DNA from: an uncultured Muribaculaceae bacterium
GTDB lineage: Bacteria; Bacillota_I; Bacilli_A; RF39; UBA660
Length of the DNA stretch: 46,609 bases
NCBI GenBank assembly: GCA_964370085.1
Contig: CAYJHI010000002.1
Coordinates: forward strand, 1 to 46,609
Reading direction: 5' to 3'
The translations under genes were made by a program, and so were the position numbers. The notes under the pieces were generated by a model. It worked only from the letters and a program-made list of their open reading frames with translations. It was not told where the DNA came from and searched no databases. Every line of letters begins with the position of its first letter. Positions within the stretch are counted from its first letter, which is position 1. Shown here piece after piece: positions 36,900 to 45,575 of the stretch.

Positions 36900-38531
36900 A
36901 TGAAAAAAGATAATTTTATTAGAGGGGCTTTTATAGCAACTATTTGTATTGTTATAAGTAAAATTTTAGGAATAATATATGTTATTCCTTTTCATGCGAT
37001 TATTGATGCTGATGGTAGGACGTTGTATGGATATGCATATAATATTTATCAAATGGCTTTGACTCTTTCTACTGTGGGTTTACCTGTTGCTATTAGTAAA
37101 ATAGTAAGTGAGTATAATACATTAGGATTACATGATTTAAAGAGAAGAAGTTATAAGTTAGCATTTATTATAATGGTTTCTGTTTCTATTTTGGCAAGTG
37201 TTTTATTATTCATCTTTGCTCCTAATATTGCTGATGCTATACTTGGTGGAGTAATTGGTGGTAATACAAGAGATGAGATTGCTTTTGTTATAAGAGCGTC
37301 TACAACGGCTATTACCTTGGTTACGATACTAAGTAGCATGAGGGGATATTTACAAGGACATAAATATATTTCTTATTCTTCAATAGGAGATGTTATAGAA
37401 CAATTTGCGAGAGTTGTTATTATTATTTTAGGTAGTTATGTAGCTGTACAGTTATTTGATGTTACGACTGCAGTTGGAGTAGCAGTGTTTGGAGCTACTA
37501 TTGGAGCACTTGCTGCTTGTCTATATTTATTTCCCAAAGTAAAGAGAATAAAAAAAGATGATGATTATGATATTAAAGAAGAAGAAAAAAATGTTTCTAA
37601 TGGATTCTTGATTAAGAAAGTCTTAACTTATGCATTTCCATTTATAATTGTTGGTATTGCAGTATCTTTATTTAATACAATTGATATGTTGATGGTAGTT
37701 CCTTTATATGTAGAACATGGTAACTTAGCTATTAGTGATGCGGAAACTATTTTGTCTATCATTACAACATGGGGTGCTAAACTTAATGTAATTGTTACTT
37801 CTTTAGCAGCAGGATTAGTAGTAAGTGTTTTACCTAATATTACTAGTGATTATGTGGCTAAGAGATTTAAGGCTTTACATAATAAAATAAATACAACGTT
37901 ACAGATTATTATTTTTATTGTTTTACCTATGATTATAGGGATGAGTTTGTTAGCACAACCAGTATGGACTATTTTTTATGATAATAATCCACTTGGACCA
38001 CAAGTATTCATGTTTTCAATTATGACAGCACTATTTTATTCGTTATTTTTAAATGTTAATGCTATTATGCAGGCAGTTGGTAAAATTAAAATATCTAATA
38101 TAGCAATTGTGAGTGGTGTTTTGATTAAATTTTTACTTAATGTTCCTCTGATTTGGTTGATGGGTATGTTAAGTTTACCTGTGTATTTAGGTTCAATATT
38201 TGCAACTATTTTAGGTTACGGTACTTTCTTAGTAATTAGTTTTATAACGTTAAAAAAACATATTAATATTGAATATAAGGACACCTTAAAAGTATTAGGT
38301 ATTTCTATTTTAAGTACTATAGTTATGGTAGGTGTAATGTTATCTTTAAATTATATATGGCCAATTAGTGAAACTAATGTAGTACTTGCTATAGTTAAAG
38401 TGGCAGTCTATACAGTTTTGGGTGCTTGTACATACTTTATTATTTCCTCTCATTTTAAAACTTTTGATAAAATATTTGGGATGTCTGTTAAGGAGTTAAT
38501 TTTTAATAAAATATTAAGAAAAAAGAAGTAG
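36900..38531 (+). CDS. MOP-superfamily flippase (MurJ / SpoVB / YtgP-like polysaccharide biosynthesis protein)
   Basis: The N-terminus (MKKDNFIRGAFIATICIVISKILGIIYVIPF) and about 14 TM segments are typical of YtgP/SpoVB. The start is ATG 36900, after GGAAGAGGA. The neighbourhood with trmB matches Bacillus. Confidence 0.8.
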   Translation: MKKDNFIRGAFIATICIVISKILGIIYVIPFHAIIDADGRTLYGYAYNIYQMALTLSTVGLPVAISKIVSEYNTLGLHDLKRRSYKLAFIIMVSVSILASVLLFIFAPNIADAILGGVIGGNTRDEIAFVIRASTTAITLVTILSSMRGYLQGHKYISYSSIGDVIEQFARVVIIILGSYVAVQLFDVTTAVGVAVFGATIGALAACLYLFPKVKRIKKDDDYDIKEEEKNVSNGFLIKKVLTYAFPFIIVGIAVSLFNTIDMLMVVPLYVEHGNLAISDAETILSIITTWGAKLNVIVTSLAAGLVVSVLPNITSDYVAKRFKALHNKINTTLQIIIFIVLPMIIGMSLLAQPVWTIFYDNNPLGPQVFMFSIMTALFYSLFLNVNAIMQAVGKIKISNIAIVSGVLIKFLLNVPLIWLMGMLSLPVYLGSIFATILGYGTFLVISFITLKKHINIEYKDTLKVLGISILSTIVMVGVMLSLNYIWPISETNVVLAIVKVAVYTVLGACTYFIISSHFKTFDKIFGMSVKELIFNKILRKKK

Positions 38532-38544
38532 TGTTACTTCTTTT
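38521..38544. terminator. Bidirectional terminator
   Basis: AAAAGAAGTA-GTGT-TACTTCTTTT hairpin between convergent genes. Confidence 0.7.
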
Positions 38545-38756
38545 TACATCATATAAATATCTTCATTATAGTAGTTATTATTTTGATTCGAATTGGTTTG
38601 TTTTTCTAGTTCTTTAACTCTATAATCTAATCTTTTTACTTGTCGTTCTAGTCTATCTACTTTTCTCTCTAATTCTTGTATTTCATAGTTGTTTGGCATC
38701 ATGTTTTGTTGTGGTGGTATATTAGGGGGAAAAGGCATGTATGGCATTTGGTTCAT
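38544..38756 (-). CDS. Small Pro-rich + coiled-coil protein (70 aa, hypothetical)
   Basis: The sequence is MNQMPYMPFPPNIPPQQNMMP followed by heptad-like ELERKVDRLERQVKRLDYRVKELEKQ. The start is ATG 38756, after AAAGGAGGATAAT. Confidence 0.5.
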   Translation of the reverse strand: MNQMPYMPFPPNIPPQQNMMPNNYEIQELERKVDRLERQVKRLDYRVKELEKQTNSNQNNNYYNEDIYMM

Positions 38757-38830
38757 ATTATCCTCCTTTATTCGTATTATTATATGCAAGTAGAGGGTTT
38801 TATGTTATGATATAGTGATGTGGAGGTTCT

Positions 38831-39460
38831 ATGAGAATTAGAAATGTTAAAAATAAAGATAAGATACTTACATCTTCTCGTTTTTTATTAACTGATTATA
38901 GTGAATACTGTGGTTGTTTTAGTAAATTATTTGATAATTCTAATCCTATACATATAGAAATTGGTATGGGAAAAGGAGACTTTATTATTGGGAAAGCGAA
39001 GACGTATCCAAATATTAACTTTATTGGAATTGAGAAATTTGATAATATAGTGGCAAAGGCTTTACCTAAAATAGATGAAGATCTTACTAACTTATTTGTT
39101 ATTAGAATGGATGCTTCTAAAATAGATGAAGTGTTTAATAAAGAAATAGAATGTGTCTATTTGAATTTTTCTGATCCTTGGCCTAAGACTAGACATCATA
39201 ATAGACGTCTAACTAGTGAAAAGTTTTTGTCAAGGTATGATAATATTTTCGTTGATAAAAAACGAATTATTATGAAGACGGATAATCGTGATTTATTTGA
39301 GTATTCATTGGTCAGTTTTAATAATAATGGTTATTTATTTGATAAATTAACTTTTGATTTGCATAATAGTCCTTATAATGAAAATAATATTATGACAGAA
39401 TACGAGGGTAAATTTACTAGTAAGGGGCAAAATATTTACATGGTAGATGTAAATAAGTAA
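38831..39460 (+). CDS. trmB: tRNA (guanine46-N7)-methyltransferase
   Basis: The SAM site is IEIGMGKGDF, with FSDPWPK and HNRRL motifs. The RBS is TGGAGG. Confidence 0.9.
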   Translation: MRIRNVKNKDKILTSSRFLLTDYSEYCGCFSKLFDNSNPIHIEIGMGKGDFIIGKAKTYPNINFIGIEKFDNIVAKALPKIDEDLTNLFVIRMDASKIDEVFNKEIECVYLNFSDPWPKTRHHNRRLTSEKFLSRYDNIFVDKKRIIMKTDNRDLFEYSLVSFNNNGYLFDKLTFDLHNSPYNENNIMTEYEGKFTSKGQNIYMVDVNK

Positions 39461-39516
39461 GAAAGTCTTTTATTATATAGTATAAATTTGATATAATTAT
39501 GTAGAGTGGGTGACGT

Positions 39517-40179
39517 ATGAAAAAATTAGTTTTTTTATTGGTCTTACTTATCCTTGTTTCGGGGTGTGAGGTAAACAACTATAATGTTGATTCGATTGAC
39601 AATATACTTAATGTTACTTTGAGTGATGATTCAGGATTGGTTAATAGTTCTTTTGGTGGATATAAAATGTATATTCCTAGAGGTATTTCTATTAGAGAAA
39701 AAAACGAGTATAATTTAACACTTAATTCTATGTATGCTAGTTATTATGTATATGTAGATGTAGTTTCTTTCTATTATGAAGAATTAGTAGAATATGAAGA
39801 AAATGAAGATAGTTTTTATTCTACTAAGATTGATATTAATGATAAATATGGATATGTAGAAATTAATGAGATAGAAGATAAGTATTTTATTGAAATTATG
39901 TATAATTATACTAAGATAGAGGCGTTTGTAAATGCTGATGAGTTATCAATGGCAATACTTGAGATTTCTAGTATATTAAAGTCAGTTGATTACCAATATG
40001 AAATATTAGATACTCTTATTGGAGAAAATGTATTAAACTATGAAGAGATTCCATTTGATATATTTAGTCCAAAGAGTGAATCTGTTGATTTTATTGAATA
40101 TGTTAATGAATATGGTACTTATGTAGATAAGGATAATTTATTACCTAATGAAGATCAAATTCAAATAGATGAAGAATAA
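39517..40179 (+). CDS. Lipoprotein (hypothetical)
   Basis: The signal peptide carries a lipobox: MKKLVFLLVLLILVSG-C. Confidence 0.7.
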   Translation: MKKLVFLLVLLILVSGCEVNNYNVDSIDNILNVTLSDDSGLVNSSFGGYKMYIPRGISIREKNEYNLTLNSMYASYYVYVDVVSFYYEELVEYEENEDSFYSTKIDINDKYGYVEINEIEDKYFIEIMYNYTKIEAFVNADELSMAILEISSILKSVDYQYEILDTLIGENVLNYEEIPFDIFSPKSESVDFIEYVNEYGTYVDKDNLLPNEDQIQIDEE

Positions 40180-40199
40180 ATAAAGAAAAGGTGAAAGTC

Positions 40200-41060
40200 A
40201 TGAAATTATTTGATAAATTAAAAAATGCTTTTTTTGAAGAAGAATATGTTGAAGTGGTAGAAAAGAAAAAGGAAGTTCCTATAACTAGAGAGCCTGTTGC
40301 TAAGAAGATTGATTTACCAGAACCTAAACTTCTTTTTGACGAAGAAGAAGATGATGAAATTGTTTTAAATAATGCTAATGATAATATTTTATCAGATAGA
40401 GATTTATTAAAAAATGATGACTTTAGATTTCCTATTTTAGATGATGATGATTTTAAAGAGTTGGAAATTCCTAAAGAAGAGGTTGTGGAAGAAATCATTG
40501 AAGAACCTCTTTATACGAGTGAACCTGTTGTAGAGAATAATTATTATAGTAACGCAGAGTATGAGTTTCATGATGAGGGTCCTTATTCTCGTAAAGAAGA
40601 TAAAAAGACTTTTAGACCATCTCCTGTTATATCTCCTGTATATGGTATGTTAGATCGTAATTATCATAAGGAAGAGATAGTTGCTAAAAAAGAGATTAGA
40701 AGTAGTTATGAACGTGATAAGATTGACTTAGATATGGTTAGGAAAAAGGCTTATGGTGTTAATAAAGCTATTGAAGACGAATATGAAGAACCTGTTAGTT
40801 TTGAAGTAGAAGAGACTACTGTTAATATGAATGATGGTGAATCTACTCCAGCAGTTGAGAAGGTTACTATTGCAGATGCAGAAGAGTATTTTCAAGATTT
40901 AGGTTTAGAGTATAATGTTGATTATAAAGATAATACTAAAGAAAAGGCTAAGGGTCGTAGAAGTTCTAAGAGTAAAGAAGAACCTGTTAAGAATGATGAG
41001 TCTTTAGAAGATAATTTATTTGATTTGATTGATTCTATGTATGAAGAAGAAGGAGAATAA
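40200..41060 (+). CDS. Highly acidic hypothetical protein with an amphipathic N-terminus
   Basis: The start is ATG 40200, after AAGGTGA. The N-terminus MKLFDKLKNAFFEEEYVEV resembles the SepF membrane-targeting helix. The internal motif is FRPSPVISPVYGML. No family assigned. Confidence 0.6.
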   Translation: MKLFDKLKNAFFEEEYVEVVEKKKEVPITREPVAKKIDLPEPKLLFDEEEDDEIVLNNANDNILSDRDLLKNDDFRFPILDDDDFKELEIPKEEVVEEIIEEPLYTSEPVVENNYYSNAEYEFHDEGPYSRKEDKKTFRPSPVISPVYGMLDRNYHKEEIVAKKEIRSSYERDKIDLDMVRKKAYGVNKAIEDEYEEPVSFEVEETTVNMNDGESTPAVEKVTIADAEEYFQDLGLEYNVDYKDNTKEKAKGRRSSKSKEEPVKNDESLEDNLFDLIDSMYEEEGE

Positions 41061-41062
41061 TT

Positions 41063-41350
41063 ATGATAGAGTTTCTTAATGTTTATTTACCAATCATATT
41101 AATGATATTAGCGATTATACTATTAGTAGTATTAATTATATTAGGGGTTAAAGCTATTAAGACTTTAACTAAGGTTAATACTTTAGTGGATGATGTTAAT
41201 GAGAAGATGGATTCTTTAAGAGGTATCTTTGATATGGTTGAGAAACTTAGTTGTGGAGTTGAGACAGTTGGGTTTAAAGTTATTGATGCTTTGGGTAATT
41301 TAACTGCGAAACTTTTTAAAGGTAAAAATAAGGAGGAAGACGATGAGTAA
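41063..41350 (+). CDS. DUF948-like membrane protein
   Basis: It has a single N-terminal TM (YLPIILMILAIILLVVLIILGV) followed by a helical segment. It lies adjacent to a YtxH-like gene, as usual for this family. Confidence 0.65.
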   Translation: MIEFLNVYLPIILMILAIILLVVLIILGVKAIKTLTKVNTLVDDVNEKMDSLRGIFDMVEKLSCGVETVGFKVIDALGNLTAKLFKGKNKEEDDE

Positions 41351-41759
41351 GGATAAGAAAAAGAATGGTTTTGGTAAATTCTTTTTAGGAGCTGCTGTTG
41401 GAGCGGGTATTGGTATTTTGTTTGCACCTGCTAAAGGTAGTGAAACTAGAAGAAAACTAAAAAAGAAGATTGATGAATTAGTGGAAGAAGTTAGAAATAT
41501 TGATGTAGAAGAAGTTAAATCTAACTTAGAGTTAAAGATTCAAGAAATTAAAGAAGAACTTGCGGATTTAGATAAAGAGAAAGCTTTGAAGATTGCAAAA
41601 GAAAAAGCTATCGTTATTAAAGAAAAGTCTGAAGAGTTAGTTAAGTTAGCTGTAGAAAAAGGTACTCCTGTTGTACAAAAGGCTGCTGAAGAAGTTAGAA
41701 AAGGTGCTATTGTTGCAACTAAAGAAGTATTGGATCGTTTAGAGAATAAGAAAAAATAG
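41343..41759 (+). CDS. YtxH-domain protein
   Basis: The signature is GKFFLGAAVGAGIGILFAPAKGSETRRKLKKK, followed by a Glu/Lys-rich helix. It overlaps the upstream gene by 8 nt. Confidence 0.78.
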   Translation: MSKDKKKNGFGKFFLGAAVGAGIGILFAPAKGSETRRKLKKKIDELVEEVRNIDVEEVKSNLELKIQEIKEELADLDKEKALKIAKEKAIVIKEKSEELVKLAVEKGTPVVQKAAEEVRKGAIVATKEVLDRLENKKK

Positions 41760-41794
41760 TTTACTAGTGTTTTTTCTTATGATATTATATTAGT

Positions 41795-41995
41795 ATATTT
41801 TCGATGAAAAATTATGAGTAGTTAATATAATTTATTTAAGAGACTTAGTGGTTGGTGGGAACTAAGATAATTGTATTAATGAATTACGAATTGGGAGAAA
41901 TAGGTAACGCGTTATAGTTTTAAGTGCATGAGTTTATACTTGTGAATTAAGGTGGTACCGCGATTATTCGTCCTTATCTATTGATAAGGATTTTT
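41795..41995 (+). promoter_or_regulatory. T-box riboswitch leader, Tyr specifier (UAC)
   Basis: The T-box sequence AATTAAGGTGGTACCGCG lies at 41945-41962. The terminator TCCTTATC-TATT-GATAAGGA plus T5 lies at 41971-41995. The AG bulge and distal loop read AGAGACTTAGTGGTTGGTGGGAACTAAG. The specifier context AATGAAT-TAC-GAA places the codon at 41885-41887. Confidence 0.88.
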
Positions 41996-42012
41996 ATTTG
42001 GAAGGAGAAGTT

Positions 42013-43245
42013 ATGAAATTATTTGATGAGTTAAAGTTGCGTGGAATTGTTAAGGATATGGCAGGGGAAAAATTAGAAGAAATTATAAATGGGAAACCTT
42101 TTACTTTTTATTGGGGGACTGATCCTACTGCGGATAGTTTGCATTTAGGACATTATTCTTCTTTAATAACAGCAAAGAGACTTGCTAAAGCTGGTCATAA
42201 TCCAATATTATTATGTGGTGGAGCGACTGGTTTAATTGGAGATCCTAGACCTACTGCAGAAAGAGAGATTATTACTAAAGAGAAGCTTAATGAGAATTTA
42301 GAAGCTATTAAGAAGCAAGTTATTGATGTTGTTTCTGGTAATGTAGTAGTAGTTAATAACTATGATTGGTTTAAAGGATATGAGTTTACTGATGTGTTAA
42401 GAGATGTTGGTAAGTATATTAATATTAATTATATGTTAGATAAAGATATTATTAAGAGAAGATTAGATTCGGGGATTACGTTTGCAGAGTTTGCGTATAC
42501 TTTGATACAAGGATATGATTTTGTACATTTGTATAAAGAACATAATTGTATTATGCAAGTGGCGGGATCTGATCAATGGGGTAATATTACAACTGGATTA
42601 GAACTTATTAGAAAGAAATTAGGTAAAGAGGCTTATGCTTTTACTATGCCTTTGGTATTAGATGAGAAGGGTAATAAGTTTGGGAAAAGTGAAGGGAATG
42701 CTTTATGGTTAAATGAAGATATGACTTCTAGTTATGAGTTATATCAATACTTTATTAATACTGCTGATGAAATGGTTATTCCTTATTTAAAAATATTTAC
42801 TTTCCTTTCTTTGGATGAAATTAGTGATATAGAGAAGAATCATTTAGAGAAACCAGAGTTAAGAGAAGCACAAAAGATATTAGCAAAAGAGATTATTTGT
42901 GATTTACATGGGGAAGATAGTTACAATAAGGCACTTAGTATAACTAATAGTTTATTTTCTGGAGATGTTTCTAGTTTAACTTCTAAAGAGATTGAAATAG
43001 TATTTAAAGGATTAGATGTTTATGAAATAAGTGAAGATACTAATATAATAGAATTATTAGTTAATGGTGGTATTTGTTCTAGTAAGAGAGAAGCTAGAGA
43101 GTTTGTTAAAAATAACTCTATTACTTTAAATGGTAACAAAATAAATGATGAGAACTTCTTAGTTACTAGAGAGGTTGCTATAGAAGATAAGTATATTATT
43201 ATTAGACGTGGTAAGAAAAAGTATCATGTTGTTGTTTATAAATAG
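42013..43245 (+). CDS. tyrS: Tyrosine--tRNA ligase
   Basis: It has HIGH (SLHLGHY), KMSKS (KFGKS) and a C-terminal S4 domain. The start is ATG 42013, after GGAAGGAG. Confidence 0.96.
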   Translation: MKLFDELKLRGIVKDMAGEKLEEIINGKPFTFYWGTDPTADSLHLGHYSSLITAKRLAKAGHNPILLCGGATGLIGDPRPTAEREIITKEKLNENLEAIKKQVIDVVSGNVVVVNNYDWFKGYEFTDVLRDVGKYININYMLDKDIIKRRLDSGITFAEFAYTLIQGYDFVHLYKEHNCIMQVAGSDQWGNITTGLELIRKKLGKEAYAFTMPLVLDEKGNKFGKSEGNALWLNEDMTSSYELYQYFINTADEMVIPYLKIFTFLSLDEISDIEKNHLEKPELREAQKILAKEIICDLHGEDSYNKALSITNSLFSGDVSSLTSKEIEIVFKGLDVYEISEDTNIIELLVNGGICSSKREAREFVKNNSITLNGNKINDENFLVTREVAIEDKYIIIRRGKKKYHVVVYK

Positions 43246-43281
43246 TTAAGAGTTTACTTTTAACTTTTTTTTATTATAATT
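43244..43281 (+). repeat. Direct repeat copy 1 (38 nt) = tyrS terminator hairpin + T8 + ATTATAATT
   Basis: AGTTAAGAGTTTACTTTTAAC-T8-ATTATAATT. The hairpin is GTTAAGAG-TTTA-CTTTTAAC (43245-43264). Copy 2 at 44228-44266 is identical except for one extra T. Confidence 0.85.
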
Positions 43282-43317
43282 ACCAAAAATTAACAGGGGG
43301 AGATTGTAGTTGTTCGA

Positions 43318-43346
43318 TTGTTATTAATACTTTTTGTCAATATAAT
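43318..43346 (+). promoter_or_regulatory. Candidate promoter of the BRO/DinD-like gene (TTGTTA-17-TATAAT)
   Basis: TTGTTA at 43318-43323, a 17-nt spacer, then TATAAT at 43341-43346. The RBS AAGGAGG follows at 43359-43365. Confidence 0.45.
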
Positions 43347-43372
43347 ATATGTATAGGCAAGGAGGCTAGAAT

Positions 43373-44233
43373 ATGGAAAATGAAAAATTAATAGCAATTA
43401 GCAAAATATTCAATAGTGAAGAGATAAGAACGATATGGAACAAAGAGGATGAAAAATACTATATAAGTGTAGTAGATGTAGTTGGAGTTTTGTCTGAGAG
43501 TGAAAATCCTAGAGATTACTGGTATAAAGTGAAAAAGCGTGCTAATGATGAAGAAAAAATCGAACTGTCGACAATTTGTCGACAATTGAAATTAAAATCA
43601 AAAGATGGTAAATATCGTCTAACTGATGTATGCGATATAGAAGGAATGTTTAGAATTATACAATCTGTTCCAAGTAAAAATGCTGAACCGATTAAACAGT
43701 GGTTGGCGAAGCTTGGTAGTGAGCGAATAGATGAAACATTTGATCCTTCTTTAGCAGTGCAAAGATCTATTGATAATTATCGTATTAAAGGATATGATGA
43801 AAAATGGATTAGTGATAGAATAAGAACTATTCAAGATAGAAAGCGTTTAACTGATGTTTGGAAAGAAGGGGGTATTAAAGAAGAAAAAGAATATGCAATA
43901 TTAACAAATGAGATTTATAAAGAGTGGTCTAATATGACGGCGAAAGAATATAAAACATATAAAGGGCTTAGGAAAGAATCTCTTAGAGATAACATGACAG
44001 GGATGGAAGTGGCACTTACTAGTTTTGCAGAGGAAGCTGCATATCTACTTGCTAAAAAAAGAAATCCATATGGATTTAGTGAAAATAAAAAAGTTGCTAA
44101 ATTAGGTGGGAATGCTGCGAAGGTGGCTAGAGATAATTTTGAAAAAGTATATGGAGAGACAGTTGTAACTAAAATTAATAATTTAGATTATAAATATATT
44201 GAAGATGATAAAAGACTTGAAGAGAAGAGTTAA
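43373..44233 (+). CDS. BRO-N domain / DinD-like (DNA-damage-inducible protein D family) protein
   Basis: The N-terminus reads IRTIWNKEDEKYYISVVDVVGVLSESENPRDYWYKVKKR. The centre reads IIQSVPSKNAEPIKQWLAKLGSERIDE..DPSLAVQRSIDNYRIKGYDEKWISDRI. The C-terminus reads KGLRKESLRDNMTGMEVALTSFAE. From memory this is the pattern of Bro-N/DinD-type proteins. Confidence 0.78.
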   Translation: MENEKLIAISKIFNSEEIRTIWNKEDEKYYISVVDVVGVLSESENPRDYWYKVKKRANDEEKIELSTICRQLKLKSKDGKYRLTDVCDIEGMFRIIQSVPSKNAEPIKQWLAKLGSERIDETFDPSLAVQRSIDNYRIKGYDEKWISDRIRTIQDRKRLTDVWKEGGIKEEKEYAILTNEIYKEWSNMTAKEYKTYKGLRKESLRDNMTGMEVALTSFAEEAAYLLAKKRNPYGFSENKKVAKLGGNAAKVARDNFEKVYGETVVTKINNLDYKYIEDDKRLEEKS

Positions 44234-44266
44234 GAGTTTACTTTTAACTTTTTTTTTATTATAATT
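44228..44266 (+). repeat. Direct repeat copy 2 (39 nt), also the terminator of the BRO/DinD-like gene
   Basis: AGTTAAGAGTTTACTTTTAAC-T9-ATTATAATT. The gene's TAA stop (44231-44233) lies inside the repeat. Confidence 0.85.
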
Positions 44267-44290
44267 GAAATAGAATAGAGTGAGGTATTT

Positions 44291-45526
44291 ATGCAAAATA
44301 ATAGATTAAGAAAAATATTTCAAATAATTATGATAGTAGGAGTTATTATTATAATTGTTCAATTAGGGATAATGGGTGTTACTTATTTACAAAGACAAGG
44401 TAGTATTGTTTATTCAGAGAGTGTTAATCAAAGTGTTGATGCTTTAGAGGGGTATATTACTGTAGGTAGTAGTGATTTTAAGAATAGTGATAATTATAGT
44501 TATGTAGAAGGATTACAAAAGGCTGTAATTAAGAAGTATGATTATGATCAGAATTTATTATGGGAAAAACAGTATGAGAGTGAATATAATAGTACTTTTA
44601 ATGGTGTAGTAGCACATAATAATTATTATTATGCAGTTGGTAGTATTGAGAGTAATGCTGTTCAAAATGCTGATGGTTTAACTGATGCGATTATTGTTAA
44701 GTATGATAGATTTGGGGAAGTTGTTGAAGAACAAGTGTTTCAAGTCTTAGGGGATTCTAAGTTTATGAAACTTGAAGTTCATGATGACTTTATTTATGTA
44801 GTGGGACAAAGTATTTTACCTCCTATGGATATTGGGGTTGCTTCTACTGGTGGAGGTGTACTTATTAAATATAGTACTAATCTTAATGAGGTTTGGAGAG
44901 CTAACTTTGGAGGGGCTAAATCAGGTGTTTTTAATGATTTAGAAGTTACTGGTGATGCAATATATGTTGTTGGTAAAGATGCTGCTAATACGGGTTTAAT
45001 TGTTAAATATGATATGAATGGTAATAGAGTGTTTGTTAAAAACTATGAGTTTACTGATTCGTTAGGTTTTTCATCTGTACTAATAGAAAATAATAATATG
45101 TTTGTAGCGGGTTCTAAAGGTTATGATAATGATGAAGATAAGATAGAGACAGAAGCATTATTTTTAACTTATGATTTAGATGGTAACTTAGTTGATGGTA
45201 AGACTTACAATCCTTCTTTAAGAAGTAGATATAATGTTATTAAAAAAGTAGGTAATGAGATATGGGCAGTTGGTCATACTGAGACATTAAACTTAGATGA
45301 GAGTACTGATGAGTTAAATGTATTTGATAAAGATGCCGTTATTAGTAAATATAGTTTATCTGGAGAAGAGTTAAGTACAAAGACAATAGTAGGTAATCAA
45401 GATGATTATTTTACTGATATACTTACGATTAATAGTGTTAATTATTTAGTTAGTTATAGTTCTTCTTCTGATTTAGAGTTTAAGAGTAATCAAAAAGACT
45501 TTATTCCTAATTTAATTATGGAATAA
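44291..45526 (+). CDS. Membrane-anchored repeat protein, probable beta-propeller (hypothetical)
   Basis: It has an N-terminal anchor (IFQIIMIVGVIIIIVQLGIMGV). Six or seven blades of about 45-55 aa follow, with recurring motifs: ..Y.VG. (YYYAVGS, FIYVVGQS, AIYVVGKD, NMFVAGSKG, EIWAVGHT) and .KYD..G. (VKYDRFGE, IKYSTNLN, VKYDMNGN, TYDLDGN, SKYSLSGE). Confidence 0.6.
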   Translation: MQNNRLRKIFQIIMIVGVIIIIVQLGIMGVTYLQRQGSIVYSESVNQSVDALEGYITVGSSDFKNSDNYSYVEGLQKAVIKKYDYDQNLLWEKQYESEYNSTFNGVVAHNNYYYAVGSIESNAVQNADGLTDAIIVKYDRFGEVVEEQVFQVLGDSKFMKLEVHDDFIYVVGQSILPPMDIGVASTGGGVLIKYSTNLNEVWRANFGGAKSGVFNDLEVTGDAIYVVGKDAANTGLIVKYDMNGNRVFVKNYEFTDSLGFSSVLIENNNMFVAGSKGYDNDEDKIETEALFLTYDLDGNLVDGKTYNPSLRSRYNVIKKVGNEIWAVGHTETLNLDESTDELNVFDKDAVISKYSLSGEELSTKTIVGNQDDYFTDILTINSVNYLVSYSSSSDLEFKSNQKDFIPNLIME

Positions 45527-45544
45527 GTCTTTTTCTTATATAAC

Positions 45545-45574
45545 AAAAAAAAGTTGGAAATTAATCCAACTTTT
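45545..45574. terminator. Bidirectional terminator shared with rpsD
   Basis: AAAAGTTGGA-AATTAA-TCCAACTTTT hairpin with an A-run upstream. Confidence 0.8.
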
Positions 45575-45575
45575 A

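Noticed and set aside
40145-41427. Two longer antisense ORFs (40145-40498, 117 aa; 41083-41427, 114 aa).
   Set aside because: They are Ser/Leu-rich mirror images of Glu/Lys-rich sense genes. GAA/AAG repeats read as TTC/CTT on the other strand, and such regions lack stops by composition. There is no RBS.
224-43585. Short antisense or out-of-frame ORFs listed inside well-supported genes. These are: 224-469, 1454-1672, 1994-2185, 2263-2550, 4455-4673, 7543-7731, 9781-10047, 11540-11818, 15668-15904, 15808-16041, 18088-18297, 19745-20011, 24629-24862, 30406-30597, 30420-30629, 33222-33410, 36588-36827, 37151-37339 and 43388-43585.
   Set aside because: All lie within, and mostly opposite to, conserved housekeeping genes. 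They have low-complexity Ser/Ile/Asn-rich translations and no RBS.
43566-43587. Tandem 11-mer TGTCGACAATT x2, which also forms a 17-bp palindrome GTCGACAA-T-TTGTCGAC, inside the BRO/DinD-like gene.
   Set aside because: It lies in a conserved in-frame coding segment (..LSTICRQLKLK..). An 11-nt duplication would have broken the frame. It is noted as a curiosity or possible internal protein-binding site, but nothing else supports a function.
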